A stretch of 64,000 nt of DNA from an uncultured Thermoanaerobaculia bacterium. Lineage in GTDB: Bacteria > Acidobacteriota > Thermoanaerobaculia > Thermoanaerobaculales > Sulfomarinibacteraceae. Below the pieces are notes generated by a model. That model was not told where the DNA came from and searched no databases. It saw nothing but the letters and a program-made list of their open reading frames with translations. The position numbers and the translations under genes were made by a program. The stretch lies in contig CAYQTL010000006.1 in NCBI GenBank assembly GCA_964420405.1, positions 11,483 to 75,482 of the forward strand. Direction: 5' to 3'. Below, in pieces: positions 1-9,748 of this stretch. The number at the start of each line of letters is the position of its first letter. The first letter of the stretch is position 1.

Positions 1-83
1 CGCTTGACGGACTCCGCCGCAACCGCGCCGGCGATGGACAGGGCCACCGCCGGCGCCGCGAGCCATCGGATGCGAGTGATCAT
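1..83 (-). CDS. 5' end of a secreted-protein gene running out of the window (signal peptide only)
   Basis: Reverse-strand ATG at 83..81, 13 nt after the upstream stop, preceded by GGAGACGGG. Translates MITRIRWLAAPAVALSIAGAVAAESVK, a typical signal peptide. The frame is open to position 1. Confidence 0.4.
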   Translation of the reverse strand, partial: MITRIRWLAAPAVALSIAGAVAAESVK

Positions 84-96
84 CCGCCCGTCTCCG

Positions 97-3000
97 TCAT
101 GGCCTGCGTCCCGTGGCACGACGCGGCGCCGGCGGGACCGTCAGCCCGCGGCCGTCGCCGCCGACCGACACCTGCTGGCCCTGCAGGGTCACGGTGTTCG
201 CCCGGTACTCGACCGTCCCGGCGGACTCCCCGCGCAGGAGGAGCGCCAGCGAGAGGGTGTCCGCGAGCCCCGGCCTCGCCTCGTCGCGGCCCTGGAGGTC
301 GAGGTTCGGGAAGCTGGCGTGGAGCTGCACCGGGTCGATCACGACGGTGTAGCGACCGCGGTCGACGGACGCCGAACCGTGCTCCAGGATCCATCCGGCC
401 ATGGTGAGCGTGTACTCGACCGTGACCTGCCGAAGGTCCGCCGGGACGGGGCCCGCGACCACGATCGGGTCGACCACGCCGCCGAACGCACCGGACGGGA
501 GCACGCCGGGTCGCGGTTGCGACACCTCGAGCCGGGGCGATCCCGGTGCGACGGCATACACCCGGAACCGCCCGTCGTCGGCCCCGAGCAGGCTGCCGTG
601 CGGGAACGGAGCGATCGTCCGCCCCCCCGAGCAGAGGCCGTCGTGCCAGGCGTCGACGCCGACGGTCCAGACGCCGGGCTCGTCCACGACGAGGCCGACG
701 GTCGGGTCGTAGACGTATCCGACCCGGTTGCCCTGCAGCTCGACCGTGGTGGTGGCGCCGGACGGCGACGTCACGGCCACCGATACCGTGCTCGGGAGCG
801 TCGGCATCAGATGGCCCGCGAACCGCAGCGTGTCGCCGACCTCGAGCACCGCCCCCGGCTGGGTCCCGGTGGGGTGCACGAGCAGGTGGATGTCCTCGCC
901 GAGCACGGTCAGGATGGGTCCGCCCTCGGTCGTCCAGCCGCCGTTGCCGGGGCCGGCGAACGGCGGCATGACGCGGGTGCCGAGCACGTCGTCGTCGGGG
1001 ATGAACACCCAGCCGGTGCCCTGACCACCGTACTCGGTCCGGCCGGAGACCAGGTCGTGGAACACCGTGCCGACGTACTGGAACTTGACGTCGTTGGGCT
1101 GGTCGCCGAGCACCCCGACGCCCGGTTGGTCGTCGTACAGGGTGTCGAGGCGCCAGTAGCCCCCGGTCTCCGGGTCCTCGGCCACCACCTCGCGGACCCG
1201 GACGCCGGGCCGCTGCGAGGAGCGGTAGCTGTAGGCCACCTGGTCGACATCGCCGGGCGCGAGCAGCACCGGCGCGCCCGAGGTCGTGCTCGAGAACAGC
1301 GGGATCTCGCCGACGTCGAACCGTTCGGCGAGGGTTCCGGGCAGCGCGGGCTCGAGGTGCATCCTGTCGGCGCGGGCGCGGATGACGGGCGCGAGGTCGC
1401 CGACCGCGTCGAACACGCTCGCCGCGATGATCAGGGAGTCGCCGCCGAGCGGGCCGTCGCTCATGCGCGACCAGAGCAGGTCGCCCTCGTAGTACGGGTT
1501 CAGGACGTGGGAGACCTGGTCCGCGGGAACGTCCAGGTCGCGGCCCGCGACGAACCAGCTGGCCGGAATCTCGGCGAGGGTGTCGACCCCGCGGCGGCCT
1601 CGCGCGATCAGGCCGGCCTCCGGCTCCGGGGTCATCACGACGCCGCCCCAGGTCGCGGCGCCCATCCACAGCTCGCCGTCGTCCGACCAGTACCTCGCGA
1701 CCAGGTCGACCCGGTACTCGCCCGGTGCGTCGAACGTCACGCCGGCGGCGCCGGACGCGAGGTGGCCGAACCGGTTGGCGCGGTCGTGCAGGGAGTACAC
1801 CACGGCGGCGTCGGGGTCCGAGTCCGGGTAGTGGGTGACCGTGATCTCGATCTCCGCCGGCACGCGGGGATGCAGCCGGACGGCGGGGTTGAACGTGTCG
1901 CCGACCTCGAACGGCGTGCCGGGCAGCGCGCCCGGGTCGATGTCGAGCGGATGGGCGATCCACAGCTCGTAGGTGCCGCCGCCGGTGTAGACGTTGCCCC
2001 ACAGGTCCTCGAGCCATCCCTCCATGATCACGAAGTGGCGGCCGAACTCGCCGAAGCCGACCGTGAAGCGGTCGTCGCCGGTGGTCAGGGAGTAGACGTC
2101 GGTCAGCTGCGTGGTGCCGGCGTTGAGCTCGGCGCCGCCGTGGCTGGTCCGCGACTGGCTCAGCGACCGGAGGAACGGCGCGGGTCCGATCTCGCGCACG
2201 CCGCCGTCGGGCGCCTCGACCACGACGTGCAGCGAGCCGCCCGGCAGCTCGAACGGGATCAGCGGTCGTGACGGGATCCGCCGGTCGGCGAACGAGATCC
2301 TGGGCAGGTACGGCTCCAGCCGGTAGCGTACGGGAGTCCCGCTCCGGGGATCGGTCGGTGGCACGATCAGGGGCGCTCCCTGGGACGTGATCATCTGCGA
2401 CAGCTCGAACGCGCCGCGATCCTCGAGCGCCCCGACGCCTCGTGTGCCGAGCACGGGGTTCTCCTGGAGCAGTCGCCACACCAGGCGGGGAGTGGCCACC
2501 GTGTCGGACGCCTCCACCACCACCGGCGGCAGAGGCACGAAGTTGGCGTCGAAGTAGGCGCCGAACACCTCCGCGGCGGTCCAGTCCGCGCTCGTCGGCA
2601 CGCCCTCGATCCGCGGTACCAGCACCGGGCGGTAGGTCCCCGCCGGGAGGTCGGGGGGCAGGAAGCCGCTGCCGGTCAGGGGGGCCACGACGGATGACGG
2701 TCCCGCGGATGCGAAGGCGCCGGCGGCGACCACGATTCCGGCGGGCGTCATCGGCGGAGTCGAGCCCATGATCGGGAACCCGGTCGGCGTCAGCCGGGTG
2801 GACATGAACTTCGACGGACCGACGGGCCGGCCGTCGGCGTCGAACACCAGGTACAGCAGCAGGTCGGCGGAGAATGTGATCCCTGACGGATCGGTGGTCG
2901 GGTCGATGCCCGGCGCCACGATCGTCACCGTACCCGCGAGGTCGAAGAGGTCGCCGGGACGGAAGGTGCGGGACGGCCCGATGGTGCCTTCGCCGATCCA

Positions 3001-4032
3001 TGCCGCGCCGACTCGGTTCTCGGTCAGCGGCTCGAAGTCGATCTCATAGTCGCTCGGACCGATGACCGCGAACGGGATCCGGTCGCCGGCCGGCGTGGCG
3101 TCGAACGGAACGCGGAGGATCGTGCCGGGAAACCACGACAGGTCCATCGACACGCCGGTTCCGACGCTATGCCAGTGGGTCAGTGGCTCCGAACCGTGCT
3201 TGACGAGGATGGACGAGCCCGCGGGCGCGAACAGCCGTGCCGTGAAGCTGCCGTCCGCGGCGGACACGGCGTGCGCCTGCTGGAGTCCGTCGAGGTTGAC
3301 GAGAAGAACGTGCGCCAGGCCTTCCACCGCGCCGGCGGCGCCGGTGATCGACGCCTCGCCGAGATCGTCCGGAGGTCCGATCGTGATCCGGGCTGGGTCG
3401 GGCGGTTCGTCGGGGAACGGCGGGACAAGCTCGTCGGCGTACCCGATCTCGACGCCGGCGACGTCGCCCGCCGACGCGTCGATCGGGACGTATCGCCGGA
3501 ACAGACCCGCCGGAGGGTCGGAGAAGACCCGGTAGATCCCGAGGGGCACGACGACGGCGAAGGTGCTGTCGTCGGGATCGACGAACGCCGCGAGCCATTC
3601 CCCGTCACGGAGAGTCCAGGACACGGGGTCGAACGTCACCGAGTGCCCGCCGTGCGGGCGGCCGTCCGGCATCGACAGCGTCCCCTCGACCCGCGCACCG
3701 TGCCGCAGGGTGTGGTCCCATGTGGCCGACGCCGAGAAGCTCCCGATCCACGCGTGGTACTCGGCCCAGCGGGTAGCTGGATCGGGTCGCAGACTGACCC
3801 GGATCGCGCCCGGTGGGACGTCCACCCGGTAGCCGCCCGCGGCGCCGGTGGTGGTTGACTGCCCACCGCCGCCGGTCGACTGCACGTCGACCACCACACC
3901 GGACGCCGCCGTGCCGTCGGGGGCGCTGATGCGCCCGGAGAGGGAGATCAGCTGTGCCCGGGCCGAGCATGGCCACAGGATGGTGATCACCGTGGCACAC
4001 GCCGCCAACGACGCGAGTCGCCGAAGCTCCAT
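97..4032 (-). CDS. large secreted protein of unknown function (1311 aa) with an N-terminal carboxypeptidase-regulatory-like beta-sandwich
   Basis: Only ORF here with protein-like composition; overlapping frames are Arg/Pro/Gly runs. ATG 4032 is preceded by GGAGGA. The N-terminus MELRRLASLAACATVITILWPCSARAQ is a signal peptide. LSGRISAPDGTAASGVVVDV resembles the CarboxypepD_reg motif. I recognise nothing in the rest. Confidence 0.85.
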   Translation of the reverse strand: MELRRLASLAACATVITILWPCSARAQLISLSGRISAPDGTAASGVVVDVQSTGGGGQSTTTGAAGGYRVDVPPGAIRVSLRPDPATRWAEYHAWIGSFSASATWDHTLRHGARVEGTLSMPDGRPHGGHSVTFDPVSWTLRDGEWLAAFVDPDDSTFAVVVPLGIYRVFSDPPAGLFRRYVPIDASAGDVAGVEIGYADELVPPFPDEPPDPARITIGPPDDLGEASITGAAGAVEGLAHVLLVNLDGLQQAHAVSAADGSFTARLFAPAGSSILVKHGSEPLTHWHSVGTGVSMDLSWFPGTILRVPFDATPAGDRIPFAVIGPSDYEIDFEPLTENRVGAAWIGEGTIGPSRTFRPGDLFDLAGTVTIVAPGIDPTTDPSGITFSADLLLYLVFDADGRPVGPSKFMSTRLTPTGFPIMGSTPPMTPAGIVVAAGAFASAGPSSVVAPLTGSGFLPPDLPAGTYRPVLVPRIEGVPTSADWTAAEVFGAYFDANFVPLPPVVVEASDTVATPRLVWRLLQENPVLGTRGVGALEDRGAFELSQMITSQGAPLIVPPTDPRSGTPVRYRLEPYLPRISFADRRIPSRPLIPFELPGGSLHVVVEAPDGGVREIGPAPFLRSLSQSRTSHGGAELNAGTTQLTDVYSLTTGDDRFTVGFGEFGRHFVIMEGWLEDLWGNVYTGGGTYELWIAHPLDIDPGALPGTPFEVGDTFNPAVRLHPRVPAEIEITVTHYPDSDPDAAVVYSLHDRANRFGHLASGAAGVTFDAPGEYRVDLVARYWSDDGELWMGAATWGGVVMTPEPEAGLIARGRRGVDTLAEIPASWFVAGRDLDVPADQVSHVLNPYYEGDLLWSRMSDGPLGGDSLIIAASVFDAVGDLAPVIRARADRMHLEPALPGTLAERFDVGEIPLFSSTTSGAPVLLAPGDVDQVAYSYRSSQRPGVRVREVVAEDPETGGYWRLDTLYDDQPGVGVLGDQPNDVKFQYVGTVFHDLVSGRTEYGGQGTGWVFIPDDDVLGTRVMPPFAGPGNGGWTTEGGPILTVLGEDIHLLVHPTGTQPGAVLEVGDTLRFAGHLMPTLPSTVSVAVTSPSGATTTVELQGNRVGYVYDPTVGLVVDEPGVWTVGVDAWHDGLCSGGRTIAPFPHGSLLGADDGRFRVYAVAPGSPRLEVSQPRPGVLPSGAFGGVVDPIVVAGPVPADLRQVTVEYTLTMAGWILEHGSASVDRGRYTVVIDPVQLHASFPNLDLQGRDEARPGLADTLSLALLLRGESAGTVEYRANTVTLQGQQVSVGGDGRGLTVPPAPRRATGRRP

Positions 4033-4330
4033 CGGTTCCTCCGTGGACGTCCGCCTGTGCGGGTCATGCCGAGTGACGCAGGCTGGAGCCGGTTCCCCTC
4101 ACCAATATGGGTCGCGAGCCGGCTGTCGTCGCGATTCCGCGGAGTTCCTGGGGTACCGCGGTGGAAGGGGCGGGGAGTCGAGCTGCGGTGACCGGGCGTC
4201 CGGCTGTCGCGGCGTCTCAGCTCGTTCGACCGGACTCCCGGGCGGCTGGAGGGGCGACGCGGCCGAGCCGGACGACGCCGGCGACGGTCGGTGCGATCTG
4301 CGGCAGCCGGGGCGTCCGAGGGGGGAGGAG

Positions 4331-4358
4331 CCGGGCGCCGGCATGGGCCGGCGCCCGG
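4331..4358 (-). terminator. GC-rich hairpin downstream of the 4380..4871 gene
   Basis: Perfect 12-bp stem CCGGGCGCCGGC / GCCGGCGCCCGG with a 4-nt loop, 22 nt after the stop codon. There is no U-tract, which is common in high-GC genomes. Confidence 0.45.
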
Positions 4359-4379
4359 AGCTGGTGGGGCGCCCCGCCG

Positions 4380-4871
4380 TCAGCCGGGCAGGGTGAAGTG
4401 GTCGCCGGTGTCCATGTCGATGCCGAGCTGGTAGAGCTGGCAGCAGCTCTCGCCGCCGCAGGAGCCGACCACCGGCTCGGGGCCGTTCCACTGCTGGAAC
4501 GCGCACTGGTCGTCGGCCTTGCCCTTGCAGGCACAGGCGATGATCACCACGAAGCTGCCGTCGAACTTGCGCCAGTACTCGGCCTTGCTGACGGTCACCG
4601 TCGGCTTGTCCTCGTCGGTCTCGATCACCACCACCGACCCGTGCCCCTGGCCGGTGTAGAGCGCGAAACCGGGCCGCGCCGTGATTCTCGTGCCGGCGAC
4701 GTTAACGGCCCTGGTCGCGCCAGGGTGCGACCCGAGCGTCCGTGCCGCGGCCTCCGTCACCTCGGCGACGGGGACCCGTTGGAAGCTGCGCGCGTCGGCC
4801 GTCGTGGCGGCCGCCACCAGTGCGACCGCCGCCATCATGAACACCATCGACCTCGCCACTCTCCGTTGCAT
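4380..4871 (-). CDS. small secreted cysteine-rich protein (163 aa), unknown function
   Basis: Internal ATG at 4871 of ORF 4380..5648, preceded by AGGAGG. Signal peptide MQRRVARSMVFMMAAVALVAAATTADA. The C-terminal third holds 7 Cys (IIACACKGKADDQCAFQQWNGPEPVVGSCGGESCCQ). The upstream part of the track ORF is Arg/Pro junk. Confidence 0.75.
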   Translation of the reverse strand: MQRRVARSMVFMMAAVALVAAATTADARSFQRVPVAEVTEAAARTLGSHPGATRAVNVAGTRITARPGFALYTGQGHGSVVVIETDEDKPTVTVSKAEYWRKFDGSFVVIIACACKGKADDQCAFQQWNGPEPVVGSCGGESCCQLYQLGIDMDTGDHFTLPG

Positions 4872-5152
4872 GCTGTCCTCCTGCGATCGTCGGTTCGGGC
4901 ACTCTCGGCAGCCCGGAAGGCGGCCCGAAGCCCTCCGCGCCGGAACCACGACTGATCGCGTCGTGACGGCGGACACGGGGACAGCGACCGAGGGGGGCGT
5001 CCGCGGAGGTCGCGAGGTGACTGGGGTCCGGGGATTTGCGGTGGGCTTGGGTGCGGCGGTCGACGCGTCGTCGCCGCAGAGCGGGGGCGACGGCGGTCGG
5101 GTCGGGTGCGTCCGGTCCAGCGACGCCGGACCGGCGGGACGACGGGCTCCGG

Positions 5153-7081
5153 TCACTCGTGGTTGCCGGTCCTCCCGGCTGCGACGGGCAAGCAGGTCCT
5201 CGCCGCGACCGCGATGCCGGCGGGGCCGCGGGCGACGGCGACGCGGTCGCCGGCGAACGCCATGTCGTCGGCCGACCACCCGTCGACGCAGCCCAGGTCG
5301 ACAGGGTCGGAGGGATCGGCGATGTCGACCCGGCGGAGTGGACAGGTCGCCGTCGTGCCGCCGCCGACCCACGCCACGTCGCCGTCGAGCCACACGCGGT
5401 AGGCCGGCGCCGTGTCGCCGACGGCGAACGCGTTCCGGATCTCGGGCTCGAACGGTCGGGTCACGTCGACCATCAGCAGGCCGGCGTCGCCGGCGGCGAG
5501 CACGAGCACATCCCCCTGGACCGCGACGCCGTGGGCCTGGCTCTCCAACCCGACCGTCGCCGCGATCCCGGGGGCGTGGGGATCGTCGAGGTCGACCATC
5601 GTCAGCCTGCCCGGAGCGCCGGAGTACACGCCGACGAGCGCCGCCCATCCGTTCCCGACCGCCAGGTCACGCGCCGATCCGAGACCGTGCGGCACGCCGC
5701 CGAGACGGGTCGCCACCGCGGGAGCGGAGACGTCCACCACCGCGAGCTCGCTCCCCGTGAGCACGTATGCGGTGCGTCCGTCGAGATCGACGTCCACCGC
5801 GAGCCCGTCGGCGGGCACCCGGGCCACCACCTTCGGGCCGTCAGGGGGCGCGAGGTCCACCACGCTGACGGTGTCCAGGTGGGCGGCGACCGCAAGCCCG
5901 CCCGACAGGGCCACCTTCACGTCCTGGGCCCAGACCACCCACGGTCCTTCCTCCAGGACCATGGCGCCTTCGAGGTCGAGCCCGCCGGTGCCGGGATTCC
6001 GGGACAGGATCCCGAAGGAGCCGCCGTCGTCGCCGAGCACCACGGTGTCGCCCTCGTACGCCACCGAGCGCACCCCGCCGAAGGTGTCGAGGACGGGGGC
6101 CGACGGGTCCGACGCCGTCCACACACCGTCGGCGCCGTTGGCGACCACCGCCCCGAGCCCCACCACCGCCACCCCGTGGCTGGCGGTGAACCGTCCGCCC
6201 CGGTACACGGGGACGGGTCTGGCCGGGTCGCCCACACTCTGGATCCACAGCTCGCCGCTGACGGAGGTGGTGTACGCGAGGCGCCCGCCGGCCATGTCGA
6301 TCTGCCCCGCGACGTCCTCGAGGTGGTCGCCGACGGTCGCGCACTCCCTCGGGTCGGAGGCGTCGGTGACGTCCACCAGGAGCACGCCGTATGCCTCGAC
6401 GGCGGCGACGCCACCGTCCACGATCACGCGGCCGGACGGCGGGCTCGACAGTGGGAGCTCCGAGATCCGGACCGGCGGGCCGGGGCCGCCGACGTTCCAG
6501 ATCTCCAGCGTCCAGGTGTCGTACAGGCCCGAGTACAGCAGGTCATCCGCCAGGTCGAAGCCCGCCACGGTCAGCGCCGGAGGCCGGTCGAGAACGGCGG
6601 CCGGGACGAGGTGGGCGGGGTCCGTCGCGTCGAGGACCACGATGTCGCCGCCGACCGCGATCGCGACCCGTGCCCCGTCGGCCGCCACGAACGGCGACGA
6701 GGAAGCCAGCCGCCGGGATGCGAGGACGGTAGGGGCGGACGGATCCGCGAGATCCATAGCGGTCAGCGCCGGGGGCTCGGCCACCACCCACGCGATGTCG
6801 CCGTCGACAGCCATCCCGGTGACGAATCCGTCGACCTGGACCGAGCCGAGCGCCACCGGGGCGGGACCTGACATGTCCAGAATCTCGACCACACCACCGG
6901 TCGCCGCGGCGACCGTCGACCGGCCCTCGATGGCGACCACGGCGGTCGCCGGGCCGCGAGCGTACGGCTCGACATCCTGGAGGCAGCTGGAGCCGGCAGC
7001 AGGGGGAGTCGCTCCGGCGATTATGAGAGATGAGATGGCCGCAGCTCGCTTGATCCACGACGGTCCTCGTCGAGTGATCAT
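5153..7081 (-). CDS. LVIVD-repeat beta-propeller protein, secreted or lipoprotein (642 aa)
   Basis: ATG 7081 is preceded by AAGGAGAG. The N-terminus MITRRGPSWIKRAAAISSLIIAGATPPAAGSSC is a signal peptide with a possible lipobox. At least 9 repeats of hydrophobic-x-(V/M)-D-(L/V/I)-x-D-P-x-x-P are present (IVVLDATDPAHLVP, LLVDVTDASDPREC, LTMVDLDDPHAPGI, LRRVDIADPSDPVD and others), typical of LVIVD repeats. Confidence 0.85.
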   Translation of the reverse strand: MITRRGPSWIKRAAAISSLIIAGATPPAAGSSCLQDVEPYARGPATAVVAIEGRSTVAAATGGVVEILDMSGPAPVALGSVQVDGFVTGMAVDGDIAWVVAEPPALTAMDLADPSAPTVLASRRLASSSPFVAADGARVAIAVGGDIVVLDATDPAHLVPAAVLDRPPALTVAGFDLADDLLYSGLYDTWTLEIWNVGGPGPPVRISELPLSSPPSGRVIVDGGVAAVEAYGVLLVDVTDASDPRECATVGDHLEDVAGQIDMAGGRLAYTTSVSGELWIQSVGDPARPVPVYRGGRFTASHGVAVVGLGAVVANGADGVWTASDPSAPVLDTFGGVRSVAYEGDTVVLGDDGGSFGILSRNPGTGGLDLEGAMVLEEGPWVVWAQDVKVALSGGLAVAAHLDTVSVVDLAPPDGPKVVARVPADGLAVDVDLDGRTAYVLTGSELAVVDVSAPAVATRLGGVPHGLGSARDLAVGNGWAALVGVYSGAPGRLTMVDLDDPHAPGIAATVGLESQAHGVAVQGDVLVLAAGDAGLLMVDVTRPFEPEIRNAFAVGDTAPAYRVWLDGDVAWVGGGTTATCPLRRVDIADPSDPVDLGCVDGWSADDMAFAGDRVAVARGPAGIAVAARTCLPVAAGRTGNHE

Positions 7082-7194
7082 GGTCTCTCCTTCTTCGATC
7101 GACGCACCTTCGCCGAGTCTACGGTCCCCCGCGGCGGGGCGTTGAGACGCGGGGGCGAGGGGTGATCCTGCGGCGGTCGCAGGGGCGTCGGAGG

Positions 7195-7253
7195 GGACAG
7201 CGACAGGGACAGGGGTATGGGCAGCGGCGCCGACAGCGTCAGCGACAGTGACG
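7195..7253. repeat. CAGCGR-rich module related to the right module of the (GATCCC)n elements
   Basis: GGACAGCGACAGGGACAGGGGTATGGGCAGCGGCGCCGACAGCGTCAGCGACAGTGACGG lies in the divergent intergenic region between the LVIVD and CapA-like genes. Compare CAGCGACAGCGGCAGG..CAGCGTCAGC at 21671..21726 and CAGCGGCAGCGACAGGAGACAGCGGCAGCGTCAGCGG at 28103..28160. Confidence 0.5.
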
Positions 7254-7331
7254 GTAGGCGCGTGAGCAGCCCCGGCGGGTAGCGATGGGCAGCGCGCGGG
7301 TGGTTGGGAGATCCCGGCCCTCACCCTGTGA

Positions 7332-8417
7332 GTGGCAGCGCGTCCGGTGCGGGGCGGGACGTGGCACCATCGCGGGGTGGCTCCCATCGGCCCCTATCCG
7401 GTCGCCGTCGGGCTGGCGATGCTGCCGCGGTGGGTGCGGCCCCGGGCCGGCGGCCTCGGGCGGGTCGTGCGGGCACCTGCGGCGGCGGGAGTGGTCGGCG
7501 ACGGGCCGAGGGTGGTCATCGCCGGCGACCTGATGCCCCTGACAGGGTGGGCCGTGCCGGAGGTCGCACCGTCGATCCGGAACCTGGTCGGCGGCGCCGA
7601 CTGGTTCCTCGCCAACTGCGAAGGCCCGGTGAGCCGGTCGCCGGAGCGCACCGGTGTCCCGGGCTACCGGCGCGAGAGGGCGACCGCATCCTGGCTGACG
7701 GAGGTGCTCGATCGCCTGGGTGCGCGGCCCGGGAGCACGGTCCTCTCGGTGGCGAACAACCATGCCATGGACCGCGGCGCCACTGGGTTCCTCCGGACCC
7801 TGGAGACGTTGGAAGGTCTCGGCATCCGTCCGGCGGGCACGCTGGAGGGGGAACGTGCGGTCCCGGCCGTGATCCGGGCCGGCAGAATCCGGCTGGCGGT
7901 GCTCGCGTGGACGGAGTGGATGAACCGGCGCGGGCCGGGAGGTCCGGCGCGCTGGGAGCACGTCCGCGGGCGGCACGGTCACGAGCTGGCGGGCGAGGCC
8001 GAGGTGGTGGTGGGAATGCCGCACTGGGATCTCGAGATGAGCCACGTTCCGTGCCGGCGCACGGTGTCGCGGGCTCGGGAGCTGCGCGGCCGGGGCTTCG
8101 GCCTCGTCGCGGGCTGCCACCCCCACGTGATCCAGCCGCTCGGTGGGGACGCCCGCTCGCCGTGCGCCTTCTCGCTCGGCTCGCTGGTCGGCCCGGCGTC
8201 GTGGCTGCCGGCCACGGCCCGACTGGCCGCACTGCTGGAGGTCGGCCTCGACGACACCGCCGCCCGGGTGTGCGGTTACCGCCTCCATCTCGTGTGTCAG
8301 CTCGGTCGGGGCGCCGGGCGGCGGCTCGTGCCGATCGACGAGGACGGCGGGGGCGGCGCCGCCCTCCGGCGCCGGATCGCCAGGCTGCTGGTCGGGGGAG
8401 CGGAGGGGCCCTGGTGA
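7332..8417 (+). CDS. CapA-family (PGA-synthesis CapA-like) metallophosphatase-fold protein
   Basis: Motifs VVIAGDLM, SVANNHAMDRG and GMPHWDLEMSH match the CapA/YwtB family pattern (GD.., NNH..D, HWG.E). The start is uncertain: ATG 7332, GTG 7376 and ATG 7419 are all possible. Confidence 0.8.
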   Translation: MAARPVRGGTWHHRGVAPIGPYPVAVGLAMLPRWVRPRAGGLGRVVRAPAAAGVVGDGPRVVIAGDLMPLTGWAVPEVAPSIRNLVGGADWFLANCEGPVSRSPERTGVPGYRRERATASWLTEVLDRLGARPGSTVLSVANNHAMDRGATGFLRTLETLEGLGIRPAGTLEGERAVPAVIRAGRIRLAVLAWTEWMNRRGPGGPARWEHVRGRHGHELAGEAEVVVGMPHWDLEMSHVPCRRTVSRARELRGRGFGLVAGCHPHVIQPLGGDARSPCAFSLGSLVGPASWLPATARLAALLEVGLDDTAARVCGYRLHLVCQLGRGAGRRLVPIDEDGGGGAALRRRIARLLVGGAEGPW

Positions 8418-8494
8418 GGGGCGGGCGGAGCAGCGGCGCCCGAGTGCAGGCCTCCGGGCCTCGCGGGCTCTTCCAGGCAGCCGCCGTCGTCGGG

Positions 8495-8761
8495 CTATCT
8501 CGACCTGCGCACGCGGATCCGCCGGCCTGGATCCTGGCGCCGCACCCACCGGACGAAGCGGCGGACGTCCGGGTGGGACCGCAGCGCGTCGAGCGTGCCG
8601 AGCTCCGCGGCGATCCGCCGGTTGTCGAACAGGGCGTGGACCTGGCGGTGGCAGGCCCGGCACAGCTCCGCGGTCTCGCCCCCCGTCCCGCCGCGCTCCC
8701 GCGGGACCAGGTGGTGCACCGTCAGCTCGGGGACCTCGCGGCCGCACAGCTCGCATACCAC
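8495..8761 (-). CDS. small stand-alone HNH endonuclease-domain protein (88 aa)
   Basis: MVCELCGREVPELTVHHLVPRERGG...CRACHRQVH has the CxxC...HH..P...CxxCH zinc-finger/HNH layout. Confidence 0.8.
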   Translation of the reverse strand: MVCELCGREVPELTVHHLVPRERGGTGGETAELCRACHRQVHALFDNRRIAAELGTLDALRSHPDVRRFVRWVRRQDPGRRIRVRRSR

Positions 8762-8812
8762 GGGCAGGGCAACGCGCTGCCGGCCGGTGGTCTTTCTCCG
8801 TGCAGGCCGGTG

Positions 8813-9580
8813 TCAGCGCTGCATCAGGCGGACGATCCTGGCCGTCAGGCCGGCCGGGGCGAGCCGCCGCGAGAACGCCATGAGCTTGTTCGACCACCCG
8901 ATCACGGCCACCGTCCTGCCGGCGAGCATCGCGCGGTAGCCGGAGCGGGCGACCCGGACCGCGGGGACCGCGAGCCGGGCCAGCAGGGTGTCGTCGAGGT
9001 CGGCCGTGGCGAGGAACCCGGTGCGCGTGGGGCCTGGACACACCGCGGTCACGGTGACGCCGGTTCCCTCCAGCTCGATGGCGATCGCCCGGGAGTAGCT
9101 GAGGACGTAGGCCTTGGTGGCGTAGTAGACGGCCTGCAGCGGTCCGGGGAAGAACGCCGCCGTGGACGCCACGTTCATGATCCGGCCGGACCCCCGAGCG
9201 ACCATTTCGGGAAGGTAGGCCCGGGTCAGAGCCGTCAGCGCGCCGACGTTGAGCCCGATCATCGCCAGCTCGGTCCCCGGTGGGCGCTCGTGGTGGAGAC
9301 CCCGGCCGCCGAAGCCGGCGTTGTTGACGAGGTAGTCGACCTGCAGGCCACGGGCCGCCACCTCGTCGTGGAGGCGCTGCGGCGCGCCGTCGTCCGTCAG
9401 GTCCGCGACGACGACGTGGGCCCGCACGCCGTGCCGTCCCTCGATCTCTGAGGCCAGCGTCCTCAGCTCGTCCTCGCGGCGGGCGACGAGGACGCAGTCC
9501 CCTCCCGCCGCGGCGTGGACGAGGGCGAGCTCGCGGCCGATGCCGCTCGAGGCGCCGGTGATCAGTGCCAGCGTGCCCAT
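8813..9580 (-). CDS. short-chain dehydrogenase/reductase (SDR) family oxidoreductase (255 aa)
   Basis: Internal ATG 9580 is preceded by AAGGAGG. TGASSGIGRE cofactor motif, NNAG, and the catalytic YxxxK in YYATKAYV. Confidence 0.9.
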   Translation of the reverse strand: MGTLALITGASSGIGRELALVHAAAGGDCVLVARREDELRTLASEIEGRHGVRAHVVVADLTDDGAPQRLHDEVAARGLQVDYLVNNAGFGGRGLHHERPPGTELAMIGLNVGALTALTRAYLPEMVARGSGRIMNVASTAAFFPGPLQAVYYATKAYVLSYSRAIAIELEGTGVTVTAVCPGPTRTGFLATADLDDTLLARLAVPAVRVARSGYRAMLAGRTVAVIGWSNKLMAFSRRLAPAGLTARIVRLMQR

Positions 9581-9748
9581 CTCGGCCCTCCTTGGTGGTC
9601 TGCGGCCGAAACCGCCGGCGGCGCCGGGTTGTTCCGGGGACCTGGCACGGCGCCCCGCGGCCGCGACTTCGTGGCGTGACGCCGTGGCTCGTCCCGGGGG
9701 TTGCCGATCCACAACCGCCGGAGCAGAATCGAGGGCGAGGAGGCCGGC

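Noticed and set aside
4-3001. Long ORFs 4..2271 (+) and 80..3001 (-) overlapping the 1311-aa gene
   Set aside because: Their translations are dominated by Arg/Pro/Gly/Ala/Asp runs with no motifs. This is the typical antisense or off-frame artefact of very GC-rich DNA. The 97..4032 frame has a signal peptide, an SD sequence and balanced composition.
7332-8417. CapA-family gene as part of a classical poly-gamma-glutamate capBCA locus
   Set aside because: No CapB (Mur-ligase-like) or CapC genes are adjacent. The gene is monocistronic and convergent with the HNH gene. I mention a link to the GGT/ATP-grasp operon only as speculation.
8495-8761. HNH gene as evidence for a mobile element, homing cassette or restriction system
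   Set aside because: No partner genes (methyltransferase, terminase, intron or intein context) and no flanking repeats. It sits 51 nt downstream of an SDR gene as an ordinary small ORF.
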